A DNA stretch of 62,041 nucleotides from the IMG/VR virus record IMGVR_UViG_3300014208_000007, positions 1 to 62,041 of that record. One strand, 5' to 3'. Shown here piece by piece: positions 18,401 to 23,604 of the stretch (positions are counted from its first letter, which is position 1; every line of letters begins with the position of its first letter). The position numbers and the translations under genes are program-made. Source of the stretch: a virus. The notes beneath the pieces were generated by a model. It was not told the DNA's origin, did no database searches, and saw nothing but the letters and a program-made list of their open reading frames with translations.

Positions 18401-18903
18401 ATATCGGTAAGGGTTCCGATGGTCTCGCCAAGACGGGTAGTCCCATGAAGAAGTCCGGTTCCAAGCGCCTCGGCCGTGCCGCCCTCCGACCCCGGGTAGT
18501 CGACGACAGGGAAGCCCCCGGCCTCTTCTTGGGGCCGAACCGACCGCACCATGGCGTCCCTCGCCCTCGAAAGCGGCCCCTGTGCCGCCACAGGCTGCGC
18601 AGGAGGCACGGAAGCGGCGGGGAGGGGGGTAGGGGCGGCGGAAACGGGTTCCGCCACAGGGGCGGCGCCCTCGGCCCCGGCAAGCATGGATTCCTCGGGG
18701 GGGACAGATGCCACCGGGGGCCCGGAGGGTTGCCGCAGGGTCAGCAGGCGGGGGATGTCCTCGGTGACGACCCGCTTCGCGCGCTCCCATGCGGTGTCGG
18801 GAGCAGGACTCCCGAATTCCGAGAATGCGCTCTGCCCGGAGGGGGTTGGCGGTAAATGCTCTTCAGCGGCGCTTCCCTTGCCGAATTCGTCGAATGCGCC
18901 CAC
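6433..18903 (-). CDS. Giant polyvalent protein, 4,156 aa: Gly-zipper/hydrophobic N-terminus, N6-adenine DNA methyltransferase module, SNF2/DEAH helicase module, long C-terminal region (P1 DarB-like architecture)
   Basis: Uninterrupted ORF with a GTG start 2 nt after the upstream stop. MTase motifs VEPSAGIGH and NVPFG. Helicase motifs AVGTGKTY, DEAH, ATGTPISN and QRNGRIWRPGN. Lies inside the virion gene block. Confidence 0.8.
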   Translation of the reverse strand: MGAFDEFGKGSAAEEHLPPTPSGQSAFSEFGSPAPDTAWERAKRVVTEDIPRLLTLRQPSGPPVASVPPEESMLAGAEGAAPVAEPVSAAPTPLPAASVPPAQPVAAQGPLSRARDAMVRSVRPQEEAGGFPVVDYPGSEGGTAEALGTGLLHGTTRLGETIGTLTDIAGRKLGIPSLSGAGRVAKEFWEGAAENFKPDTKLQGDILKKPELLGESAWWAYNIADTVPSFAASIIPALGAGRGIQVLGKAIQWTPQVIARLAQIGGSVAGGSAGGALEGASTFEEVLKRGGTEDQALLAGETMTLASAGLNAISVGKMLKSPGAKSRLLNWLTTGAVEAGTEYLEEPAEILAKNVVAEPENVRKIKAQEAFYDENARVSYEPPSAEEAKKQLISGINVIPPSFIMGLMGGAGSALRETREEKKGGKAAEEAPPPGPTPSPEPAPPAPKAAKKAKKETVNVPEAGEKKPAPVAEEGKGVAFEPGKVDQLNPALPPEIQQEILDDPEMGYGGKSPREQGITYVLKNSLLHQKYLTRQAEKPKSELRPVPHEVSDAPVTPPGDRWTGDRGAIPGEPSHFLDVQDDDFGTAKAGIVEVQNDKGEAVWEAKAPGGKSLGQFTDLEAAAKAAEAHVGDRRTAPRPVRSPYPESQVPDLPTVDSDIQVVDSHIANLEKELKDTPASDTLGRMELSDRLSKHKGSLDALKDRRKAILAGEKPKPIEVVVPEPARKKTEAEISFENARAERGAVPRSGEKLDPTSKDVRLDREKRNLAIKQSKATGTVHLDQLPHGVEAIRGKRIESIFDGSKGTVTSANSDGTTNIVWDDEASAKHNLGSLETDKVGKKEVQQWASHIGQSDKADFKVLPETRVVKQGVVEVPEAKKAPVEPPPSVPPEAPVDKGGEGTPKPEVTRAKTDQKLFKGLPIDKPGKDLTDADMDVITAPEGRPMSERNRDLGKHESDPRFLVYLKPGQIGYQPNLSPHLQPVMTDYRLVRDFLKDGTLPERGKELQKIADRYRAIDDKISETAAIKSAAMVRTAIERGAYNSMLHPSNKISRNIFYEITGQKLPAGVGATQKFFTLKPFEKKAAWLKEKAKEETPESAPVVTWKKAAIIPTRDGVKAIPIEEKVSSNKALTLAQGFSVGDTVYYRTGWNKAGHKISHIDSEGNIRLEGSKATVSPTEFTKNKEGAAGSLSPEHALRADLARKGAGTLGNIDYKILQNDKGRYSYEITKEGVRRTVEPLLADGLGWATREEVIENAITAAEVRKQIAQEPVTSPLTTEKKPLPIESGGVPDVGGTGEGVREGQLLDGPPSVAPGEQAAVREEDVLQGPVGTPDVPVGEGGAGAGPGVQPSGKGTSKVPDRRDRGGAGDIAAPAGEGTGAVAGVPEVRNHPVGREPVRIEDRNHVIAPGDIIVPAGKVGRINANIKALELSRKLEAENRNPSPEEKKILAQFSGWGSLAQDVFGFDKEVVYDRQKDGTIQSWQGEPEKYKKWFDRIGKKLHPDLGGILSKEEWNAAKASTMNAHYTSREVISKGLWPIAERLGIKGGRIVEPSAGIGHILGLMPEGIAKRAIVQAVELDKTSGAMLKRLYPEANVQITGFQTAQAMKDNSADLAISNVPFGKYPVTDPKHKDYSGWSIHNYFIARKIDLVRPGGIVIAITSHYTLDSASGGKMRDYFAKKADFVGAVRLPSAAFEKSAGTEVVTDILVFRKKDASQFTGAQQFRNVLTVETAAGENAPVNEYFINHPEMVLGEHSMKGSMYGGDGKEYTLLPGKEPLEEALAKAVNSFPAAIAGEGALVSQQGTVFAESGTKNGILLEKDGQLYVNEGGELVRPDFTKYAARVVVAKRYIGVRDLAKELIHLQLDEGSTDAQIEAQRTKLNKAYDEFVKRHGPVSDKSHQWLSEDGEYPLALSLEKQVEVPKTYLVKSGPNKGQTTTAKEKTFVKAAIFTERTIFPFKEPVSAESADDAVKISMTYRNKVDAAYIAKLLNSTVEGVTEKLANDGLAYINPATGLLEGQDEYLSGNVRDKLIRAEEAVKDDPRFEKNIEALKRVQPKDLEIDQIYMRIGSTWVPTEAYTDFIKDTLGMDIAVSYSESADNSKFFMDNPRHGLSALAQNTWGVDGANALDILKDSFNLKFTEVRIDVGERNAPKWVVDEKRTIAAREMQKKLQAEFLSWTRKSEKWAPVLKDIYNRDKNNMVLKTAHTPTMKHYPGASHSITLHPHQKRAVSRSLQESTLLAHAVGTGKTYIFATTAMEMRRIGTAKKPMIVVQGSTLNQYGRAFRELYPTARVLIPNTRQLQAKNRKKLLAQIATGDWDAVVLQHSTYDMLSVKPEKEAAYVQEQVAELEAIIKEMEARGEDKRTVKQWEKLKKNKEEKIVALLARGHKEGMLNFDDLGVDALLVDEAHKYKRSEFYTKMDRVKGIDSGSAGRSMLHLLKTAEVRGKTGGKNVIIATGTPISNTMAELWTHLRYIRPDLMEAYGVTSFDAFAANFGNVKTELEETMTTDFKEVSRFAEYVNGPELLTMWRTAADVIMAEDVNVARPTIKGGAPRQIMLERPAELASFIQGIKLQKEAWDKLPGREKRDSRHVPMVLFGLAKKAAIDLRLVDSSRPDIPGSKVNRLVEEAVQVWKDTKELKAAQVIFSDLYQSPDGKFNLFEDIKKKLIKNGVPESEIAIIHDYKTDEKRESLFAKVNDGEVRFVMGGTEKLGVGVNIQERLVRAHHLDIPGRPMDFEQRNGRIWRPGNTIDTIDITTYGHKATMDSVAAQRLQTKQKFINQILRGDLQDRTFEDPFDPAQGTFEDMMASFGNPKVREKFGLESQIRNLKSLKSSHENEIGRARTTIWQNNNGIERLEASAKEWESAIKILAKAFPDGKVVEFKLSGVKGDFDRDSFVEHFTEVEKTLRAKTAEAFKNVNSRDRFYELKSNGVNLSQVYSGTVNGIPFGMRVESTVDYNYVNMAKGDGIIVTVGDAGFRYQLFEKTMSDKLGANRTVSTPRGVMSSIETFVRNAQEKPAELRKETDRLAKQNKDLGELLDKPFDHEDDLAAKESRLIEVEAELKAMPVEDLSKTPADEIDLTGLTGLPDPVMAKEVAPEADWWEGKVLGKEDVADAPTTKKYFVAKGVQSDTPGFQEVKGYAVDIEEGTDTFVHHVMGRKSWTVSEGRSGLGFGGIHDTREAAIEGAKNAIDTLPGKSLKKWLDENLTAAVEKQDQGYSPRYGKKPTASSSDPEQALADVVNKVIPESEPSAGLSIRPVDVVIGKPEYSEKDYAFGTEESEARYKAAHGLKPEPLLGRAREVVRALVNKATREYEHLPRNAEFAPLRTALLRLSKQKGVAADRTVRAMQAITVKFDKVRMGLFERKVLLDDLAEEAKADHLLPFGFTKESVAAELAKIDRLVGRDPVVEQGLFLRQEFSESVKQSYISAMGAIGFKVADRFTKENYFRHQVIEYANLKGVAGTGKRLRTPTGRGFLKKRKGSEYDINTNYLEAEYEVIAQMLYDIEVAKTIKAVDDVYNVASMTKDVGIPEGYIEWQPREGNTFYMAESIPAKLADQLREGALDMAEVDPDLIRQVMALGGKRKRFIVKQEVADTLNSLLKAKPQGVLLGYDKKILTGWKVWQLVSPRRFFKYNFRNLTGDADAAFVGNPSTFKKVPQAARELYQVFTSDRGMTPEMREWFKRGGFETTLQAQELSELNKMRIFSHVREAGEPLRDLPVAAFKKYWKTVRLATDFRESVLRYAAFLDYIEQIKADPKGTPKNFGASIPEEITAIKDPHDKAFTLSNQLLGAYDQVSVMGNAMRDHLIPFWSWKEVNFRRYIQFAKNAASDKKVAEAVGRKALGAFAKTPYTAWRVGKFLISATAFWAMLQAWNNLMFPEEEDELDEQNRNRPHIIFGRDPDGKIINFTRIGALGDFLQWFGLDAFPLHVSRWASGKRTLREIALEMAKSPVNVIAQGITPIAKTPAELASGKVLFPDVFKPRTIRDRGYYLAQSVGLENEYKEIAGLPSEGYQKSLAQFFVYRADPGQNAYSDILQARSRYLEKIGKASEGAFISPKNNALYNLRLAIRYKDADAKEKFMEEYLSLNGTPEGIRSSLDRMHPLGGMNKKDGRDFVNTLDAEEKDKLAKAIHFHENVLSAGERDIVREARIMRNRILRERR
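10600..12260 (-). other. SNF2/DEAH helicase module of the giant protein (approximate bounds)
   Basis: Motif I GTGKTY at 12163-12180, motif II DEAH at 11686-11697, motif VI QRNGRIWRPGN at 10669-10701. Confidence 0.7.
13700..14560 (-). other. N6-adenine DNA methyltransferase module of the giant protein (approximate bounds)
   Basis: SAM-binding motif VEPSAGIGH at 14236-14262 and catalytic NVPFG ((D/N)PP(Y/F)-type) at 14047-14061. Confidence 0.7.
14676..15035 (-). CDS. Nested 119-aa gene overprinted in the +1 frame on the giant ORF; helical protein of unknown function
   Basis: ATG at 15035 with GGAGGAG 6 nt upstream and an in-frame TAG 7 codons upstream. Protein-like sequence (MLVELAREYEKDSYWMDHLLWLLENKPQF...). 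By hand count about 101 of 119 codons end in G/C, the genome's coding signature. The giant frame here is A/T-rich at position 3. Confidence 0.6.
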   Translation of the reverse strand: MLVELAREYEKDSYWMDHLLWLLENKPQFVKKMYFKDRSALRMYLSEKVGRALDLGYNLQEKGLPRYQIDEIVAEQVISPPPPEKEPEPLQESLKSAIIQWAENLYESRTETTSLLQEI

Positions 18904-18905
18904 GC

Positions 18906-20921
18906 CTATTCCCCTTCCACCTTGGAAGGATCATATCCGCGTCCCTTGGCCTCTTCTTCCATCGCCTTCTGCTTTGCTGGTCCGTTCTTCATATCCTTGA
19001 ATTTCTTTACGATAGAGTCACGCGCCACCTTTGTTATCGCAACGAGTCTTGGCGGAAACTTCTTCCTTGCCTTTTCTATCGCTTGGCTGGCGTTCATTCC
19101 TCCTTCGATAAGCCGGAGGGATTCTGCTTTCTCGTCAGCAAGTCGATCGCGTTCTCCGTCTATCCATCCTTGGTCTTTTGTTGAGGCATCGAGTTTCTTG
19201 TCGTTCTTTTCGTAGATACGTTCCGCTTGTGCGGACTGCGAATCGACCCGTCGCAACCTGCGGTCTTCGTCCCGATCCTCCGCCCCCGCTTCCGGCGCCT
19301 TCAGCGACCACCCTTTCGGGGGAACGTACTCCTTCCCCTTTTCGATGAATACTTCCTTGGTCTGGACCTGCCCCTTGGAGTCCTTGGGACCGTAGATCGT
19401 CTTGGCGAGTCCCTTCTCGGCCTTCTTCTCCCCCGCGGCCTCGTCGAACGCCTTGACCTGGGGGGACCCCTCTCCGAACCGGGTGACGAGCCGGACGCGA
19501 TCGGAGACGGTCTTACCCGCCTCGGACTGCAACGCTTCCTTCTCTCCGATGATCGTCTTCGCCAGTTCGGTCGTTTCCTTCACCGACGAATCCGGGGCCA
19601 GCTTCGTGAACTCCGTGATGAACGTATTCCGCTGCTCGGCGGTCGACTTGGAGGTATCGACCTTCGCCATGGCGGCGGATACGGCCTTGTTCTCCGCCCG
19701 GGTACGCTTGATCTCCTCCATCTTCTTGGCGAATTCCTTGGGGTCCAGCCGAGCGCGCAACTGCTGAATCTTCGTCCCGAGACCCTCGTGCGCACCGAGG
19801 TACTGGTCGAGTACCCCGGCGGGGAGCTTCACCACCGGGGCGTTCGGATCCCCGCCGGCACGGTCAGCCGTCAGGGGGGCGTCGTAGGTGTTGGTTTCCC
19901 CTCCCGAGTCCAACTGCTCACGAACCGTCTCGGCAAACGCCTTCTGTTCGGGCGTGACGTTAAGGGCCGACGGATCACCGGAAATGATCCTTCCGACAAT
20001 CGTTTCCCGAATGGCCTGCTTGTCCCCTACCCCGTAATCGGCGAAAGACTTCTCCTGCTCCGGGGTCAGGTCGAAGCTGGGAGAAAGGTTCTTTTTTTTC
20101 ATCACAAGCCTTGCTTGCTCGTTCCTTATGACGGCATTCTTTTCCTTGTCCGACAGTTTGCTGTATGGGTTCAAGACGACCGTGTTGGACTCGAAATCCG
20201 CCATCCCGGCCACGCCAGGGTTACCCGCGAAGTAATCGTTTTCGGATGAAGACGGTTTTCGTGTGCCGTAGGCCGGTGCCGTGACGTCGAGGACGAACGA
20301 CAGGGAGCCGTCCTTCGGATCGACGATGACGGCCTTGACCTTCTTGGTAACGCCGGACTTCGCATCGTTCCCGTACCGGTCCGTTCCTCGGTTGATCTGT
20401 GGTTCAAATACCGTGTCGAAGGCGTCGAAAGTATCGGGGGCCTGCTCCCGATTCAATACTCCGCCCTTCATCAGTTGAGGGGCCTTCTCCTTTATGAACC
20501 CCCGGACCTTTCGGATCGCATCGGTCTGCACGTCAACCTTGTCCGGGTCAAGAAGCGGATTCTTCCCGAGCGTCTTGAATACTGCGTCCTGCTGCTCCGG
20601 CGTGTAGTTCGGATCCCGGCCTTCCGCCTTGGCTGCCTCGTTCTCTGCGTCCGCACCGAGAAGGTGACCGAGCGTGGCCTTCGTCTCGTCGTCTACCTTC
20701 TTGATACCGGTAGCCCGCGACCACTCCTCGTTTTCCTTGGCCTTCTGGTCCATCTCCGCCCGCGTCTTCTCGCTGGACAACTTCTTGTCCGCGATCTCCT
20801 GCGCCAGGAGCTCCCGGCGAAGCGGAGCCTCGTCTCGCTTCTGGAGGATGTCCGACATTTCGCCGAACGACTTGATGGCGGATTCGATCGGATTGCTTTG
20901 GACGGACCTGAGAAAGCCCAT
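18906..20921 (-). CDS. Large coiled-coil virion/internal (ejection) protein candidate, 671 aa
   Basis: Internal ATG of ORF 18906-20987 preceded by AAGGGGGGA. Lys/Glu-rich helical sequence. Lies immediately upstream of the giant protein. Confidence 0.6.
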   Translation of the reverse strand: MGFLRSVQSNPIESAIKSFGEMSDILQKRDEAPLRRELLAQEIADKKLSSEKTRAEMDQKAKENEEWSRATGIKKVDDETKATLGHLLGADAENEAAKAEGRDPNYTPEQQDAVFKTLGKNPLLDPDKVDVQTDAIRKVRGFIKEKAPQLMKGGVLNREQAPDTFDAFDTVFEPQINRGTDRYGNDAKSGVTKKVKAVIVDPKDGSLSFVLDVTAPAYGTRKPSSSENDYFAGNPGVAGMADFESNTVVLNPYSKLSDKEKNAVIRNEQARLVMKKKNLSPSFDLTPEQEKSFADYGVGDKQAIRETIVGRIISGDPSALNVTPEQKAFAETVREQLDSGGETNTYDAPLTADRAGGDPNAPVVKLPAGVLDQYLGAHEGLGTKIQQLRARLDPKEFAKKMEEIKRTRAENKAVSAAMAKVDTSKSTAEQRNTFITEFTKLAPDSSVKETTELAKTIIGEKEALQSEAGKTVSDRVRLVTRFGEGSPQVKAFDEAAGEKKAEKGLAKTIYGPKDSKGQVQTKEVFIEKGKEYVPPKGWSLKAPEAGAEDRDEDRRLRRVDSQSAQAERIYEKNDKKLDASTKDQGWIDGERDRLADEKAESLRLIEGGMNASQAIEKARKKFPPRLVAITKVARDSIVKKFKDMKNGPAKQKAMEEEAKGRGYDPSKVEGE

Positions 20922-20932
20922 GTGAATCCCCC

Positions 20933-21202
20933 TTAGAATAACTGCGAGAAAAGGTAACCCAAGCCAGCCCCGATGACCGCGCCCCACGGACCGCCGACGG
21001 ACCCGTACTCCGCCCCTACGTAGGCGCCAACCATCGCCCCAGAAGTCGTACCGGTTACGGCCATCTGGGTCTTCTGCGCCTTCCTTGCGGAATCCAGTTC
21101 CTTGTTGGCGGAGTCGATTTCATTCTGCTCCGCGGATTCACGGACAAATCCCGACAGCGCACGGTTCTGGTAGTCGATCCCGGTATTGATAAGTCCAGAC
21201 AT
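20933..21202 (-). CDS. Small protein with C-terminal glycine-zipper membrane segment, 89 aa
   Basis: C-terminus GAMVGAYVGAEYGSVGGPWGAVIGAGLGYLF. Located in the virion module. Confidence 0.65.
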   Translation of the reverse strand: MSGLINTGIDYQNRALSGFVRESAEQNEIDSANKELDSARKAQKTQMAVTGTTSGAMVGAYVGAEYGSVGGPWGAVIGAGLGYLFSQLF

Positions 21203-21211
21203 GATCGCCCC

Positions 21212-21772
21212 CTATTGAATTGTTCCACGAACAATGTTTGGGTTGGGCATCCCACCGAGCAATATCTGCTGATCCTGCGTCCTGATGTTTTCCCGCGCCT
21301 TATTCGCCGCCCCTGCAACTGCCGTGGACCGATCAAGATCAAGGATCCGATTCGACACCCGCGTCTGCTGCTCCGTCGGAGCAACCCCCATGGCCGCATT
21401 GCTTCGAGTCAAGACTCCGCGCATCGTCTCCGCCTGCCCTGTCGCGGTAGCGGTAGCCTTGTTGACGGCCGCCGGAAGAACATCCGGGTTGTTGAATGAC
21501 AACTGATTCAGCGCATTCAGTTCGATCGGCTTGAAGCCAGACTGCCATTCCTCGAATTGTGCACGAAGAAGTCGTGCGGCCGTTGCGTTTGAATCGTTAT
21601 TCGCCGGATCAACCCAACTGGATATATTCGCCGGAACCTCGCTAGGAGCATCTGCCAGTGTAAGGGATGGAGCGACCACGCCAGTCGGGATATTACTTTC
21701 ATCCGTGATCTTTCCTGGGTCGCCGGGGTTGTAGGTGTACCATTTTCCGGTTGCCGGATCATACATTGACAT
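21212..21772 (-). CDS. Hypothetical virion-module protein, 186 aa
   Basis: Compact ORF co-directional with the structural genes. No family recognised. Confidence 0.65.
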   Translation of the reverse strand: MSMYDPATGKWYTYNPGDPGKITDESNIPTGVVAPSLTLADAPSEVPANISSWVDPANNDSNATAARLLRAQFEEWQSGFKPIELNALNQLSFNNPDVLPAAVNKATATATGQAETMRGVLTRSNAAMGVAPTEQQTRVSNRILDLDRSTAVAGAANKARENIRTQDQQILLGGMPNPNIVRGTIQ

Positions 21773-21784
21773 GATGTTTCTCCC

Positions 21785-22348
21785 TTACGTCAATATGCTT
21801 GTAACTGCGGGCTTCTTTGTCGCCGGTTTCTTCAGTAGTCCAGCCGCCACCATGCCCGCCGCCGATCCGTAGGCGTTCTCGATCTTGGCCTGCTCCGCTT
21901 CCTGTACCGCACGATCGGATATCTCGGAGCGAATTGACTGAGCGGCCACATCTCCAAGTCCGGCTTGTGCCGTCACGGCCTTGCCCCGTCCGATGTCGAT
22001 CACGTTCTGCGTGTCCGCGATGGACAGGGACCGCGCGCCACCCTGCCCCTGCACCTTCGCCGAAGTCCCTACCTCCGTAAGACCCGACAGCATCTTGGTA
22101 TTCGCCACAGGGTTCGACGATATCTTCCGGGGATCGACGTTCTTCATGATCTCGGCGTTGATCTTGCCCGCGACCGCCTTCTCTTCCGCCGCCTGTACCT
22201 CGGGGCTTGTGACGTTCGCGGAATACTTCTCCATCAACGGTTTGTAATTCGTGACGTAGTGATTCCATAATTCTGCGTTGATCTTCTGCTGCTCGACCAT
22301 GTCCGCCGTTGGTGCTACGGTCTGACTCCCGCCTCCGCCGCCGCCCAT
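21785..22348 (-). CDS. Hypothetical virion-module protein, 187 aa
   Basis: N-terminal Gly run, then Ala/Gln/Glu-rich helical sequence. No family recognised. Confidence 0.65.
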   Translation of the reverse strand: MGGGGGGSQTVAPTADMVEQQKINAELWNHYVTNYKPLMEKYSANVTSPEVQAAEEKAVAGKINAEIMKNVDPRKISSNPVANTKMLSGLTEVGTSAKVQGQGGARSLSIADTQNVIDIGRGKAVTAQAGLGDVAAQSIRSEISDRAVQEAEQAKIENAYGSAAGMVAAGLLKKPATKKPAVTSILT

Positions 22349-22352
22349 ATCC

Positions 22353-22793
22353 CTATCCCTCCTTCAGGAAGGTTCCGATATTGCCGTCGTCCTTCACCAT
22401 CCTGAATCCCATGTGGTGAATCCAATCCCGGGACTTCTCGGTCAACGGAGCCGAAAGAACTTCGATCTTTCCCTTGGTGTCCGACACGATCTTGTCGGAG
22501 ATGTCCCGAAGGAATCGCGTGATCCCGAGACCCCCCGAGCGAATCGCCTCTTCCGTCGCAACGAACCGGATCCGCCAATGCAGCAGACCGACCGACTCAA
22601 GCGCGACCAGCGCGAAGGGGCGCCCATCGTCGTGGCAGAACACCCCCGAAAACGGTTCCCCGATGTGCCACTGGAAGATTCCCGCCGTGTCCTCCATGGA
22701 CAGGCCGAACGCTTCGGCCTCCGCACGGTGGACGTCGGATATCGCCCCGATGACGGATGCGATACGCTCTTTCGAGAGGGGGAAGATCGTCAT
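22353..22793 (-). CDS. Hypothetical protein, 146 aa (weak GNAT-like impression only)
   Basis: Internal ATG of ORF 22353-23039 overlaps the upstream stop (ATGA). The N-terminal extension of the long ORF is Arg/Gly-rich junk. Confidence 0.6.
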   Translation of the reverse strand: MTIFPLSKERIASVIGAISDVHRAEAEAFGLSMEDTAGIFQWHIGEPFSGVFCHDDGRPFALVALESVGLLHWRIRFVATEEAIRSGGLGITRFLRDISDKIVSDTKGKIEVLSAPLTEKSRDWIHHMGFRMVKDDGNIGTFLKEG

Positions 22794-23185
22794 CGTTCCC
22801 GCTCGACGATCATGTGAACCTTGGCGTTCGACCCGGCGGTGGAGTTGCAAATCTTGGCATCCTGTACCGACGGATTCGCCCATCGACCGGTAGACCCTGC
22901 CGTGATTACGGTCCCTACGTTGTCCACGGAAGGCGTATCCCCACCGAACCCGATCCTCAACCCGTAGGTTTCCGGCTGGATGGTCATGGCTTTCGGCGCC
23001 TGCCCGTTCTTCTTCCATGCGTTCCCGGCAGCCACCCACGCCGCTTCGAGCGTGATGGCATTGTCGGACGTCAGGGTGTAGTCCTTCGATTCGAGACGCC
23101 CCATCGCGCTGAAAACTTCACCCTCCGCGCAGGCGATGGCCGCGAGACCGATAACCAACAGGATTACGAGTGCTACTTTCTTCAT
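22790..23185 (-). CDS. Secreted (possibly lipo-)protein, 131 aa, embedded among virion genes
   Basis: ATG at 23185 preceded by AAAGGGG. Signal peptide MKKVALVILLVIGLAAIACA|EG. Confidence 0.65.
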   Translation of the reverse strand: MKKVALVILLVIGLAAIACAEGEVFSAMGRLESKDYTLTSDNAITLEAAWVAAGNAWKKNGQAPKAMTIQPETYGLRIGFGGDTPSVDNVGTVITAGSTGRWANPSVQDAKICNSTAGSNAKVHMIVERER

Positions 23186-23199
23186 GGCAAACCCCTTTC

Positions 23200-23604
23200 T
23201 CAATGACTATGCGAGGATATGACGCCTGTGAGTTTCGCCTCTATTTCCGCTTTCGTGATGTCGCTGTTTTTCTGAGCGTTGGATGGAGCATGGACGGCAG
23301 CGTGGGCGACAACGGCCGCATCCGCCTTGCTCTGTGCTCCCGCAGGTGTTTCGTGTCCGGAATGCGGCGCTCCGGCAAGATTCGAAAGGTTCGCATGACT
23401 GATCTGCGCGCCGTCGCCACCCGAGTGATCGTGAAGGTCTCCACCAGATACCCCTTGAGCGATAGGGGAATACGTCTCTTCCGCGGTCACCGTGTCGAGG
23501 ATGACGCCCATCTGTACCAGGTAACTCCGGAAGTTATTGAGCGCCGACTCCACGTCCCGGAAGGATCGGATCGACGGAATGACTGGTACTTTCGGTGTCG
23601 TCAC
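23200..23604 (-). CDS. Hypothetical virion-module protein, 134 aa
   Basis: ATGA-coupled to the upstream gene. His/Ala/Gly-rich centre. No family recognised. Confidence 0.65.
   Translation of the reverse strand: MTTPKVPVIPSIRSFRDVESALNNFRSYLVQMGVILDTVTAEETYSPIAQGVSGGDLHDHSGGDGAQISHANLSNLAGAPHSGHETPAGAQSKADAAVVAHAAVHAPSNAQKNSDITKAEIEAKLTGVISSHSH

Noticed and set aside
6433-18903. Giant ORF considered as an N4-like virion RNA polymerase
   Set aside because: I could not find T7-like or two-barrel (DxDGD) polymerase motifs. The recognisable modules are a methyltransferase and an SNF2 helicase.
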